A stretch of 64,000 nt of DNA, from positions 8,581,487 to 8,645,486 of the forward strand of contig OZ199840.1 in the NCBI GenBank assembly GCA_964304625.1. Reading direction: 5' to 3'. Shown piece by piece: positions 26,351 through 45,721 of this stretch; within the stretch, counting starts at the first letter, position 1, and every line of letters begins with the position of its first letter. A model generated the notes under the pieces. It had not been told where the DNA came from. It worked only from the letters and a program-made list of their open reading frames with translations, and ran no database searches. The position numbers and the translations under genes are program-made. The stretch is from Kudoa neothunni (Eukaryota > Animalia > Cnidaria).

Positions 26351-26862
26351 GCCTGGCCAATATGGCATAGTGGTGTTAGGTCGAGATCGCATACCATGAG
26401 GTTGCGAGTTCGATGCCTAGTCCGGCCGTTCCCGTACTCCTAATCCGAAATTAAGTAAGTAGGAAGGCTGTAGTAGTAATTGCAAGGATCTACGATTTAT
26501 CGTGACCTCGCTTGCAGCTGGAAGGGGAACCTGGCGATAGGGTAGAATAAACTCATAAACCTCATAAACGTTGGGGATATAGGAACAAAATACAACCCAA
26601 CAAGGGGTTAAGCCGACGCCCGCATTCAGACGACATTCCCAGACTAATTCTGGGGGTTAGTCCAGGGTATGGTTGGGTTGGTGGTTGTCCCGAGACGAGG
26701 ATGTTTAGTGGGGTAAAATCCCACACTATTGCATAAACGTAAGTCGCCTTAATACTCACTGCGGTGCTTAAAGCAAAGCGTAAATGGGAAACGCTTATAA
26801 AGCCCGAACTTCACAACCTAACAGGTCGCGCGAGGGGTTTAATCTTGTAAACAAAAAAAACA
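26351..26862 (+). mobile_element. tRNA-derived SINE, copy B (full length)
   Basis: tRNA-like head at 26355-26427 with A box TGGCATAGTGG and B box GAGTTCGATGC. A-rich tail. Exact 13-bp TSD AATCTTGGAAAAA (26338-26350, 26863-26875). Confidence 0.85.
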
Positions 26863-27563
26863 AATCTTGGAAAAATCATAATTCAGTTTTGAAAACATTG
26901 CACCCCTTACAGTGATCTATATACTTATGCTGCGTAAGGCTTGATTACATCGCAAAATTGTGGGTCATCGTAGGTGTTAGACGACCCATTTAAATAAACT
27001 CCAAATTAGCAGAGATATTTTTTATAGACGGAGGTTTGACATCTCGTAAATAATCTCTTATTTTACATAATGTTTTTTATTCTACACATTATTTCTATGT
27101 TTGAAAGTAACTGTTTTGTTGAATTTATACGTGGCGCTAGTTAATCCCCAAAATATACGAAACCGACGCCCGATGCGATAATGAACCAGATAATATAGGA
27201 TAATCAAAAATTTGGATAAAATGATTAACAATTTAAACCATTAGAATCTGCAGGATTAATTAATGGAAAAGTATAACATATATGCTGGGATATTAATACT
27301 TTAGTGTGTACATATTAGGATAGATAAAGTAAAAAACCGACTGTGTTAACTATAGATAATCCTCTGGAGAGGTAGTGATAATGATGACGCAACACTGTCA
27401 GCAAAAAATTTGAAATTCATCATACACACATCGAAATTGAATAATTAATTTTTTTCTATAATTATAAAATAATTTTTGAATAATCCTATAATAATAAAAA
27501 TATTAGTCCGATATAAAAAAAGTTCAATTATTAACTTCGGATGTGATCGCATGTTTGTCGACA

Positions 27564-30188
27564 ATGAAGACTGTTGTTAATGGGTTTTTGTTGGTGTTTG
27601 TATTCGGTTTGCAAGTTGTAATTTATGACGCTGAAATCTACGTTTATGATGTGTTTAGTTGATTGATGTAGGTGAATGTGTTGAGAAAACATCGAATACT
27701 CGTAACAAAGTAGATCAACGTTATTACGAATTGTTGGATCACTCGAGGAGTTTTCCTGTGATTAAAATGAACAAAAACACACTAGAAGATTATATTAAAG
27801 CACCAGCTAGAAATTACAGTGTTATTGTGAGTTATCGGTTGGTTGGTTATCGAGTTCCACAGATTTTTCAGTAAGTAGAACAACATTTATTTTTGTTGGT
27901 TGATGGATTTTTAGCGATTTGTACGATTACTTCGAGACAATAGCATATTCCTACTCCAAAGGACATTACAATCGAGCGCTATTTTTTGTTGTGGTTCACG
28001 ACAACAACGAAGTTCAACGTCTCTGCTCAGAAGTAATCCACATTTTACTCTGCATTATAGTGGCAGTTTAACTTTGAATGGCTCTTTAGAATGATATGAA
28101 TTTGCTCCCACTCATTATTCATTATCCATCCGAAGGTGGCTATATGAAAAGGGATCTTTTTGATATAAGATGGTAAATTGAATATTTGGTGCTGAAATCA
28201 ATCGATAAATTTTTAAGGTCTTCCCCGTCACTTCAATCTTTGTTGCAATTTATAAAACAACGAACAAAAATTGATGTAAGTTGCAATTTAATGCACATAG
28301 TAGTTGGCTGTCGGCAACACCGAATACAAACAACATTTTAATTCATTAGCATTTGTCTCTACTTAATTATTTCTCGTATACGTATTCATAATGGGGAAAG
28401 ACAATTAACTATACCAGATTAATATAATAATCGTGTACGCAAGCGTGAAGTTTGAAGCCATATGATATTTCAAACGTTATGCTCGCGCATTTATTTCAAA
28501 ATATACCATGTAAAATTAGTTTTCGTAGCGTCAGCCAGTATGTTTTATTCACTCAAACTCGATGAATTATTAATTATTGAATTTTATTAATTATTGAATT
28601 AAATAAATAAATAATTAATTAATAAATAATTAATTAAATTAAATAAATAAATAAATAATTAATCAATTAATTAATTAAATGGTAGGTACAATTGAAAAAA
28701 GATGTGAGTATTGTCTCATTGATAATGATGCTCTCAACGGTTGGCGCAATCGCGTTCTCGTTCTACTATTTCTATGATACACTTCGTAGGTTTAATAATA
28801 GGAAAGTGTGGTCTGTTTCATCTGTTGTAAGTCACGTGGTGTCATATTCGGTTTATTTTAAACCTTTCACTTTTTAGATTTTTATAACTTTGATGATTTC
28901 TGGTCACATGCTAAATCGAATCAACAAGTCCCCTTTTGTTGGTCCAAATGTAAGTGTCTTATGATAATTATAGGGTTTCTCAATTGAATTCGGCGCATTT
29001 TTAGAATTGACCAAAATTCACACTTAAACGTTAAAATCCTTTTCAAACCAGCATAATATTAATTTTATAATGAAACTACTTTACATGCAGGATATTGTTA
29101 TCTTCGAAAATTATGTTTTAAGCTTACAAATTACTCTTTTTCATTCAATTTTTGTATAGATTAAATATCATCACCCATCCAGTATTTTTATTGTAGCATC
29201 TAGAATAAAAATAAGTGGTGTTAATAAACAAAATTATAAACTAATTTCTTACCTATTAAAACAATGAAATAAAAAATATTAAATTTAATATTTTTATAGG
29301 TTACATTCTATAATAATTTCTCCGTGAAAACTCAACCTTAGGACCGAATGAGCGAATTCCGGTTCTCATCACATTTTTATCAGATAACAAAGAAACTCAT
29401 TCAATTTTTAATATTTTTTTATTTTATTAAAAAGATCTTTTGTTCACACTTTTTATATTAATGTAAAAGTGGCTTATTTTATGTTATATAATCTCTAAGA
29501 ATAAAATTTAAATAAGAATACTTAATACGCACGCACCTATCACAGACTGTAAATAAAATTTTTCTAGATACCCGAAATAAATTTAATCATAAAATACGTT
29601 TATTTATGGAGATTTTAATGTTTCAGTTCGAATTTTGGTTAGAACCAAAAATGTGCCGCGTTCATTTGCAAATTGCCACATTCAATTGCAAGCGCACCGA
29701 GTTCAATTGAGAAACCCTATATAATTCGTATGGGGGTTTTATCATTTTTCACCCCTAAAATTCATAATTAGTGAATTATGAATTTAAATGCTGACTTTTT
29801 AGGGTCTGTTTAGTGCTGATATGCGACAACAATATGGCGCCGAATCAGCCACACTATTTATACTATGTAAGAAATTGGTCTCCTTTTTGGTATTTGGTAT
29901 TGAAGGTTCACATTGTTTGTAATTAGATTCGGCGATTATCATCTCTTTTGTTATGCTGAACGATATTAGCAACTCAAAAAACTCCAATGACAACAAACAA
30001 GGTTTTTCAATTCAGCGTATGTTCAAAATAGGTAGGCATGCTCCAAATTTCTATAACCACTTTAATGACTTAATCTGTGAATATTTGTAGGTTATGAACT
30101 GTTTGCTATTGGAGTGTTTTGCGTATCAATTTTCTTTCTTTTTAAAATCGCCAAATTTAAACTTCCCTGGTACCCACTGTTTCCATAG
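27564..30188 (+). CDS. Oligosaccharyltransferase OST3/OST6-family subunit (MAGT1/TUSC3-like), multi-exon
   Basis: Signal peptide; IKAPARNYSVIV; FETIAYSY...LFFVVV; hydrophobic TM segments; ISGHMLNRINKSPF; QQYGAES; C-terminal KLPWYPLFP followed by stop. Confidence 0.85.
28561..28680. repeat. AT-rich low-complexity repeat (TAAA/TTAA) in an intron
   Basis: Directly visible AATAAATAAATAATTAATT-type repeats. Confidence 0.8.
28971..29719. mobile_element. Tc1/mariner-type MITE in an OST3/6 intron
   Basis: TIR TAGGGTTTCTCAATTGAA(T/C)TCGG at both ends, flanked by TA (28969-28970, 29720-29721). Confidence 0.85.
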
Positions 30189-30202
30189 AAACCCAATCCT
30201 AC

Positions 30203-30241
30203 AATCGATATCGATATCGATATCGATGACGATGACGATAA
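30203..30241. repeat. (ATCGAT)n/(GACGAT)n short tandem repeat in the 3' region between two convergent genes
   Basis: ATCGATATCGATATCGATATCGATGACGATGACGAT is directly visible. Confidence 0.8.
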
Positions 30242-30469
30242 TAATTATCGAAAACCTATCCACAACTGGCCCGATTTTAAATAGTCTATATCTAATTGAA
30301 CAAACACATTGATACATAAAATCTATAAAAATATTTTATAATAGTTTTTTATGGTTCATAATCGAGCGATTAACTCAACTAAATTTAGTTTGGGCATTGT
30401 AGAATGATGTTGATTTTTGAAAAAAATCTTATTGATCAAATCGACTCTATACTATGCATTTGCGTTGAA

Positions 30470-33400
30470 TCAGGGGGATAAATTCATTAGTTGATTTGTG
30501 ATGACGGGGAATTCGAGTCCATCTCCAACACTACATAAATTATTAATCAGAATTAATAAGTAGTAGGGAGGGAGATAGTGAGTGTATAGAGTCGCAATTT
30601 ACCCACTGAAAACCGGTAAAAACCAAAGTAGAGGATTAGCACCAAACACCTCTATCCAATTTTTCCGCACACCATAGTTGTAAGGACTTATTTTTATTCC
30701 ATCTACAAAGTTGGACGCTCTTGACTCTTCTATAATGTGGACATATCAACTGCAATAATCAATCCAACAAATATATACCTAAGGTGGTTCGATTTTTCCA
30801 TATTAATGAGAAATGGAAAAATTCAAGAAAACTCACACCAGCCATAAATGAAATTGATAATATTACCAAAACATATATTTGGAATGGCTGGGAGGTGGAT
30901 TGTTCAAATATTTTATACTAAATATATATTATTGAGATGAGTGAAAAAGTAATAAAAATAACAAATCTATATTGTTTCTACTTACAATTGATTTGTTAAG
31001 CAATACAACCAGCGACAATAGTGCCAAAAAAAAGCAATACAAAATAGCGTATGCTAGATATAACACAAAGAATTTGTAGTTGAAGAAACCAAGACAGTTG
31101 TTAACCCATGGACAATGATGATCCATTTTCAGCACACAACTAACACATAATTCAGTCTCACAAAACAATATTCGTTGTTGAAATTGAATTACTGTCCACA
31201 ATAACTACAATGATGGCATCTGTCCGGTTTAACAATTCGACAAATCCGACATATTCTTATATCTAATAGATGGAAATTCATTTTAGGATTAGAGATATTT
31301 CCACACATAAACATCATACTTCCATCACTCATACGCTGTCGTATGTTGTAAGCTTGAACTATTCTTCCTTCAATCCTCTACACAGTATCATAATTAAAAT
31401 TAAACAAATGGGCTAGTATATTTTTGAGTTAATGTAGACAGATAGATAGATAGATAGATTAAAATATGTGAAGGATAATTTAGAGGGGGTACTCTCATTT
31501 GGTTATTTTGTAATATAAATGTGGGAATATATTTAATTCAAATAAATATAATCATCAGTGATCAAAACTAGGCATGTATATGATGTCAATGTGGTGATGA
31601 TTTAACTTTTATCTGAAAATTCATTAAACGCTTTAAATTTTTGTTTAAATATTTTTAAAATTTGAAGCGTAATCTCTGATGCGCGTATGTGAACACACAA
31701 GTGGCTATTAGTTTTATAAATTTTAATTCTAAACTACCCATGGACTCGTGCATTGAAATTTTAAGCCCAGCAACTCTACATAAAGTTGCATACAGATTAA
31801 ATTTTTTAGAATTCATCATATTTATTCATTTCTGTCCTCTATAAATGAAGTGGTGGGTTAGAAATAATTACGTGTAATCATAATTAATGAAAATTGCATA
31901 TTATTTATTATTATATTAATATATGAATGCGCATGTGCGTGTGCATAAAATCGATACGATATCGACTATTACTTGAAGTTTTACTTTTTAAACTTACACT
32001 ACTATCTTTAATTATAGTAGATGCGTCAGACGGAAGCATCTCTATAATACAAGGGTGAATGTAAAAAAAACACGAAAATTTAAAAATCACATGCGTGCGC
32101 ACGCTTACAAAAAATAAAAAAAATACAAATCATACAAATAATCAAATAAAATATGTTTAATTATGTTATTTTGGAGTATTAATTAATTAATTTATTTATT
32201 TATGAATTATTATTGTTGTTTTTCACATTTAATCCAAGTTCGTTTATTTATGCTAATTCATTTATCCTATTTTAAATAACGCGATGTAATACTACGCAGA
32301 GAAAAAGAACGATGTCAAACTGAAGTTATTTCATAGAACAACTATCACATATGTTTTTAAATCCTCTTCACAATGCAATACAATACAATAAAAAACTAAA
32401 CAAACTGACGAACAATTATATCATAAGCCCTTTGAATGAATACTCTCTACAACAGTAAACTATTAAAACTGAAGTAGATTCAACAAATTTTCAATAATTA
32501 GTATAAGATTTATCAGAATATGAAAACTATCGCTGTGTTTAGATGAGGATGACATGCTTATATCGACGTTTGCGCATGCGGGTTGGCATGGCGAATATAG
32601 TTTTTCGTCATTCATTCATTATTTACTCGATGGAAATTCCGCAAATTTTTAAAGATGGCATTTATAGGCTTTGTAAATAATCATATGAAAGAAAAATGAG
32701 ATGTAGATTTCTACCCTAATTTTATTTCGAGGATATTTTCACATTAACTTTTTTGATATACAGCAAAAAAACTTCAATTTTTTTCTAAAAGCTTTCATAA
32801 ATATAGAAAAATAAAAAACTTAAGGGTGGTTTGTAGTTATAAACAAATAATACGCTGTAAAAATGTTGACAAAATTCATTTGGGATAGAAATCTATCCCA
32901 TTTTACTTAGAAGGTTAGTCCTTATGTAATAAACATGAACTCCACGAGCCAACCTTTCTATTACGACTATGTTTAAAATAAATTTTAATAATGAACTAGT
33001 AATGTTAGGCACATTTTCTACAGAATTTCATCTAATTTAAAAAAAATGTATTATTTATCGACTAATGAAATAATATAGGTAAAAGTCCCAACGAAAATAC
33101 TCAAAATGTAACGAACAAAACAATAAAATAATATAAGGGTTAACTTAGGTGAAATTAGACAAAATTGAATTCCGATCATCAAAATTTGATTAACCCTCCC
33201 CCCGTCAAGAGTGGGGACCGCATGGATTCCAAATCCGACTAATACGAATCTAGGGTTGGATAGACAAATTTAACGCATCCATAAATTTCGGAATTCCTCA
33301 ATAAATTTAAAGCATTTGGATTGATGTAAAAATATTACATTTAAAAAAATTAATATCATCCAATATTAATGATTTTTGTGTCTTTACACCCAAAAGTATG

Positions 33401-34951
33401 TTTAGATTTTAGAGAAAGCACACACATATCGAGAAAACATATTTTCCTCTTGTAATTGAAGATTTAGATATTTAAGATGTAATATTTAATTGAGCAAATG
33501 ATGATTCTTAGCAGATAATAGAATTTCCCCGCGGATTACCGACTCTTAATCCAAAAATAACATATCTTACTTTCGGATTTACTATTCGTTATTATAAGCT
33601 TGTCATTAGAAGAATGTAAGTAGTTCCTCCGTTGAATCTTTAACTTTAATGATTTTTAAGGATAACCAATAAAGTAGTTTAAATATAATGCAATTTTGTT
33701 TGATATAACTTTGTAATTATGAAAACCTACTTCTTATATTATTAAATTTTTTAAAACAGAGAAAATTAAAGATTACATCAGAACTAACGCGGCATATCTA
33801 AGTCTAATGTTTTCAAATGGCAAATTATGTCTAACCAAAAAAATGTATAAATCAAATTTCCAGAGTTAGTTTTAATGCGACCTCTATATATACTTTAATA
33901 ATTACGATAAATTACTCATTAGATCCAAGGCATCTCGACTCGATTTTATCCTTACATTGTTAAATTGTTGTTTCCGATCTTATACGATAACGTTGTTGCT
34001 ATCCGCTCGGATTAATTTTACTTGCAATTTCCTCATTTAAAGCGGGTTTCACTTTCCAAATTATTTTATTTTCTGATGAAATACATTCTGTTTTGATTTT
34101 TGTATCATTCAATTCTTTATTAATTTTAAATGGACGAATATTGGTACATTACGAAACCCTGTTTTGTAGCCTACTAACGCTTCATAAATAATTTAATTTC
34201 CTACACAGAACATCTTATAAATAGTTGATAAATTGTTTAAAATATGATACAAAGTAATTAAAGGTCACCAAGATTGTTTTTTCTGGGGTTTGTCCGGACT
34301 CAATTAGGACATGCGTGATTTTTTTCCCGCGCAATACAGAGAGGGTTAAAATTTTTTTAAAGATAGTAACCAATTAAAAAATAAAAATAATATAAAAATA
34401 TTTAATCAAACAATAAAAAACTCAACGGTTAAAACTCTCATAATAAATAATAATAGATAATAGCATTTACTATAGCGTAAATAAAAAATAAAAAAATACT
34501 TTCATTCTATCCTCGCTTATAGAGAGATTATCAACAGGGTCGGCTTGTCGTTGGTCGTCCGGATTTAGGGTAGGATTAGAATCGACTGAAAACTAAATTT
34601 TTTAAGGATTGTTCTATGGCTGCCAAAAATCTACGCATACCACTGAGAATGGGGGTTTATTTTTTGTGCAAATAACTGCTCTAAAATGAGACACTTCCAT
34701 CAACACCAATAGTACATGATATATAATTCCGATCAATATTTGATTGGATTTTTGTTGAAAAGTCCCTTGAAAATGAGCATTAGAAAATGACTTTAAGCTT
34801 TCGGGGGAATTTGTAATAGGTTTTATTGCAAGTTACTTGCTATAATAACTATCATCGTAACATAGTAAGTCCATCCAACCAACACAAGCAAACTTAGGGT
34901 GATCAATGCTCCAGTGAATTTTGTACAGCCGATTTCTACTTTTGTTGCCAT
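30470..34951 (-). CDS. DHHC palmitoyltransferase, ZDHHC2/15/20 family, multi-exon with a ~3.1 kb TE-filled intron
   Basis: [18 protein letters not shown]...[15 protein letters not shown]; NRTTLE (TTxE); [14 protein letters not shown]...[13 protein letters not shown] (PaCCT-type). Start MATKVEIGC at 34949-34951. Confidence 0.9.
32280..32914 (-). mobile_element. piggyBac 5'-end fragment related to the 13578 element
   Basis: The reverse complement begins CCTTCTAAGTAAAATGGGATAG, matching the left end of the 13578 element. It also has a second subterminal repeat and an MSSS start. The inner boundary is approximate. Confidence 0.65.
33194..34345. mobile_element. Non-autonomous piggyBac-type element
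   Basis: Termini TTAA|CCCTC ... GAGGG|TTAA. Confidence 0.55.
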
Positions 34952-35516
34952 CACAAACCAGTCCCTCTAATACATATAGAATGTGTAGTTTTGAGATGGA
35001 TAAAATAAATCCTGATTTTTATTTTTCGGGGAGACTCGTCTCAAGTGATCAATTCAAACATTCAAAGTTCTGTTTTACTGGAACACACAATCAATGATTG
35101 ATGCTAGGATAGTTATGTGAAAAATTTTAAATGATACTATTGATAGTAGATATTATCATTATTTTATTGTTGGAAATTAACCAGATTCAGTTTCAATTTT
35201 CACAAGCCCATTACAATTTGGTCATTAAATCCAACTTTTCTACATAAATTTTATCATCTTAGAAATGAAATTAAGCCCCCAGTCTCAGTTATCTATTAGA
35301 TATTGGTGTTTATTCCTTTTAAAAAAATTCACTGTGTTGTGAAATCTATTAAGTCCAGTTGTTGATAGGAAATCTGTTCCAATACAACAGTGTCGCAATA
35401 AATTATTAAAATTAATTAATATCTTTCTTTGGGAGTAAATAAAATAAATCTCGAATTGTTTCTCATAATCCTAAAAGCATTAAAAATATTAATCGGATAT
35501 TCAAAAACCATTTTAA

Positions 35517-36826
35517 CCCTCTAACAGTTGAAAAAACTACCACCTTCCAATGGGCTTTGTGGTAAAAAGATCCAAGAATTTTTTGCTTTTAATATATTTA
35601 GTAAATTTTTATAAAGTTATGAGAAAAATATGGAGAAATTCTGTCCGAGGAATATTGAGAAAACAATCAATTACTGCATAATTAATCCTCGATGATCTGC
35701 CTCGGTAAGATTAGGAATTATTTCGTAATGACTCGTGATTAGAACGTATAATATGTTTAGTTCCATTTGAAATAACGGTAAACAAAAATCACAATGAAAT
35801 TAAAATATAAATTCTAATAAAGACACTCTATGCGGTAAAAATGAAAAATAATGACCGTAATAAAAAATAGCCACAGCCAACCAAATCGACCATGATGAAT
35901 AATTTATTTTTGTTTATCTTTCCATTTTGATTCAACATGAATTTATATATAATATTATCTATAAGATATACACGATACTTGTTGTAACCTATTATGTATC
36001 TCCATGTCCCTCGCGATCATTTTTACAGGATATAACACTCAATTGAATAAAGCATCCTTTATGTATTCTAAAATTAAATTGTGACGACTGATTTCTATGT
36101 ATTGTCACAATCTCTCCTTAGCGGATACCTATTATTAAATACAGGAATTTATAAGAATGAGAATTTCATATTTGGCACAAACATTAGATAATCAGTAGTA
36201 ACAGATGTTTAACATCAGTATCGAAAATAAATTATTTGACGAAACTCAGACAGCCCTACTATAAACTGTTTAATAAAAACCACACAATTCAAATGTATAA
36301 TTGTAGGATTAATTATCAAGCTAACTGTAATCTTTCATTCGTGAATGCTGTCATTGTTCTGCAATTTTACCTTTAAATTATTAAAAGCTTATTTATTTGG
36401 AGATTTTCATCGCTGGCGGGCTTAGTAACATGGATAATTTTGTCTGTTTTAGGTAATAAACCTTGGCGTCATAATACCTGTTGAAACGACGGCTTACGAT
36501 ATATACGCTCCCGCATAATTAATCGGATTATCTCGAATAATAATTATTCAATTTCTCAGTCTACCTTAAGCAGAATTTTTCAAAATCTTCCATATCGTTT
36601 TTATGATAATTTTCTACATTTATTTGACCAAAAAATCCCGTTGCGGGAAAGAAATTTTGTTTGCTAAGAGATAATCAGTATTCTAAATTAAATTTTGTAT
36701 GAATCTGTTTATTAAAATAATTCAGGAGGATAGATGTAATTTCAAGTGTTTCGGACAATTATTCAATATTCTATGAATAAATTAAAATTCTTTTGGTATC
36801 TAGAAGACACCTAGCCCCTTAGAGGG
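35517..36826. mobile_element. Non-autonomous piggyBac-type element
   Basis: TTAA|CCCTCTAA ... TTAGAGGG|TTAA: an 8-bp perfect TIR with TTAA TSD. Confidence 0.7.
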
Positions 36827-37150
36827 TTAAAGATTAAATCCTATTAACAACATTTATATCATTAAGATTCTTTTATGTAAAAGAAAAATCTATTGAATAA
36901 TATTATTTTCACTACCTTAATAAGTTTTAATGTGTAAAATTTAATTTCTGTTGAATTTAGAATCGCGAAAAGTCATGCAAATTAACATGACTGCGCATTA
37001 ATGAGGTTTATAAATTACAAATCCTTTCGGCGGTGTATACTTCAAAATTTGAAATAATCTCTTAAAATGACTTAAAACATTTTAAACCAACATTTAGGCA
37101 TAATTTTATATCCCGATTTTGTTAGTTGATTCGCGCGCACAATTTTAGCC

Positions 37151-44200
<7,050 letters not shown>

Positions 44201-44603
44201 GCCAATTAGTTTCGTTTATGTACTAAAACATCATTAGTTATAGTTATATTTTTATACGTTAATTCGAATTAGTAATATCTTATATCTTATCACGAAACGT
44301 ATATGCTTTTTTATGAGTGATACGTAAAATATTCGATAAATTTTAATATTTCTCGCGTCTAATTATTCTTTGATTGTTTAATGCTCAGAGTTCTTTTGTA
44401 AAATTGTCTCGAAACGATAATTTAGTTAATAAACACACAGGACATTACGAGTATTTTATGTTGAAATTTGTTCTTTGTTCAACTGAAAAGTTAAAGTTAC
44501 ATATATTTATAATTGGAGTCGAATTCCCGAGTTCGTTAGTGGATTGGGAATAATTTTAACCGAAAACCATAAAACATCTCTAAAAATTTATTAATATCTG
44601 TAA

Positions 44604-45721
44604 CCCTCTAAATATAATTGTATAATTGGGGGTTTTTGGACCTCATGATCTTTTTTCATCCGAAATATTGATTTAAATGTTTAGGGAAACTTTGAAAAAA
44701 TTCTATCCAGTAAATATATTTTTATTGCATGAATGTCATGCCTTAATCTACATTGCATATTCACCATTATTAGTTTCAATGATGTGTTCAAGTGATCTTA
44801 ATAGTTAGTTATTACTCCGATACAGAGTTTTCAGAATCATTTTCTTCATTTCATGATTATTTATTGTTAGGAAAATTTGATATTGATACAAATATACAAC
44901 TTAACTCATTGATACACAAAAATGGAACGTTATGGCCTATGAAACCACCGTTGATATCTAGAACATGTGTTTCAAATATTATGAGTAGTCAGTCAGTAGT
45001 TCACCTGGAGTCTCTCCGTTTTGATTAAAAAATACTATCGATACTTTCAGAATAATATTTAGTTATGTTATGTACGCCATTATTTTAGAATATACCGGTA
45101 CATGGGTGGGAAAACGTTTGGTGATAGATGGATCAAATTGAATGAGTTCATTAGTTGTTTATTTCTGATGGGATATCACAGGGATAATGGAGAATCGATT
45201 AAAGAGATATTTTGGTTAAAAGAAGGAAAGATGTATAGTGATTTATTCTCATTACATAAATATCTCCGAATAATGTGAGTTTCACATTTTAATGGTATGG
45301 AAAATATTGAGGTAACAAAATAATCCGGAAATTTTTGTCATGTTGGTAAATTATAGCATATTTAGTTTCCGCCATAATGAACATTTCAAGCGTATCTATG
45401 TTACCTTTTCTATGTAATAGTCTATGCTAGGATTATGATCTTTTTGATAATTTAAGCGAAAATTAAATAAAGCATTAATTCTACTAAATGAGCTGAGTTT
45501 TTATCTAAAAAGGTTTATATAAAATATGTGATCTCAAAAGTAATATATACACATTGTTTAAAATATTCCTTTATCATTCACACATGCTCACCCAACATTA
45601 CATGATGTCATTTATTAAATTACTGAAAATATAATAGAATAAATATTTATCAAATATAACGTGGGGTGTTTTGGACCCCAATTATACTTTGAGGATGTAA
45701 ATTTTCATGTGACTTAGAAGG
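44604..45721 (+). mobile_element. Internally deleted piggyBac related to the 13578 element
   Basis: Right end ACTTAGAAGG|TTAA is identical to that of the 13578 element. The remnant SLIHKNGTLW...SRTCVSNIMSS matches SLIDKNGTLW...SRTAVENILTS. Confidence 0.75.

Larger units (their letters stand above)
25694..26912. mobile_element. Possible decayed Tc1-type MITE hosting two SINEs
   Basis: Degenerate inverted ends: TA|CAGTAAGGTGTCAA and TTGCACCCCTTACAG|TG. Confidence 0.3.

Noticed and set aside
26355-26427. Functional tRNA gene
   Set aside because: The arms pair poorly, and the sequence continues into a TSD-flanked, A-tailed element, so it is a SINE head.
28561-28680. CRISPR-like array
   Set aside because: This is a low-complexity AT repeat with no spacers, in eukaryotic intron context, and there are no cas genes.
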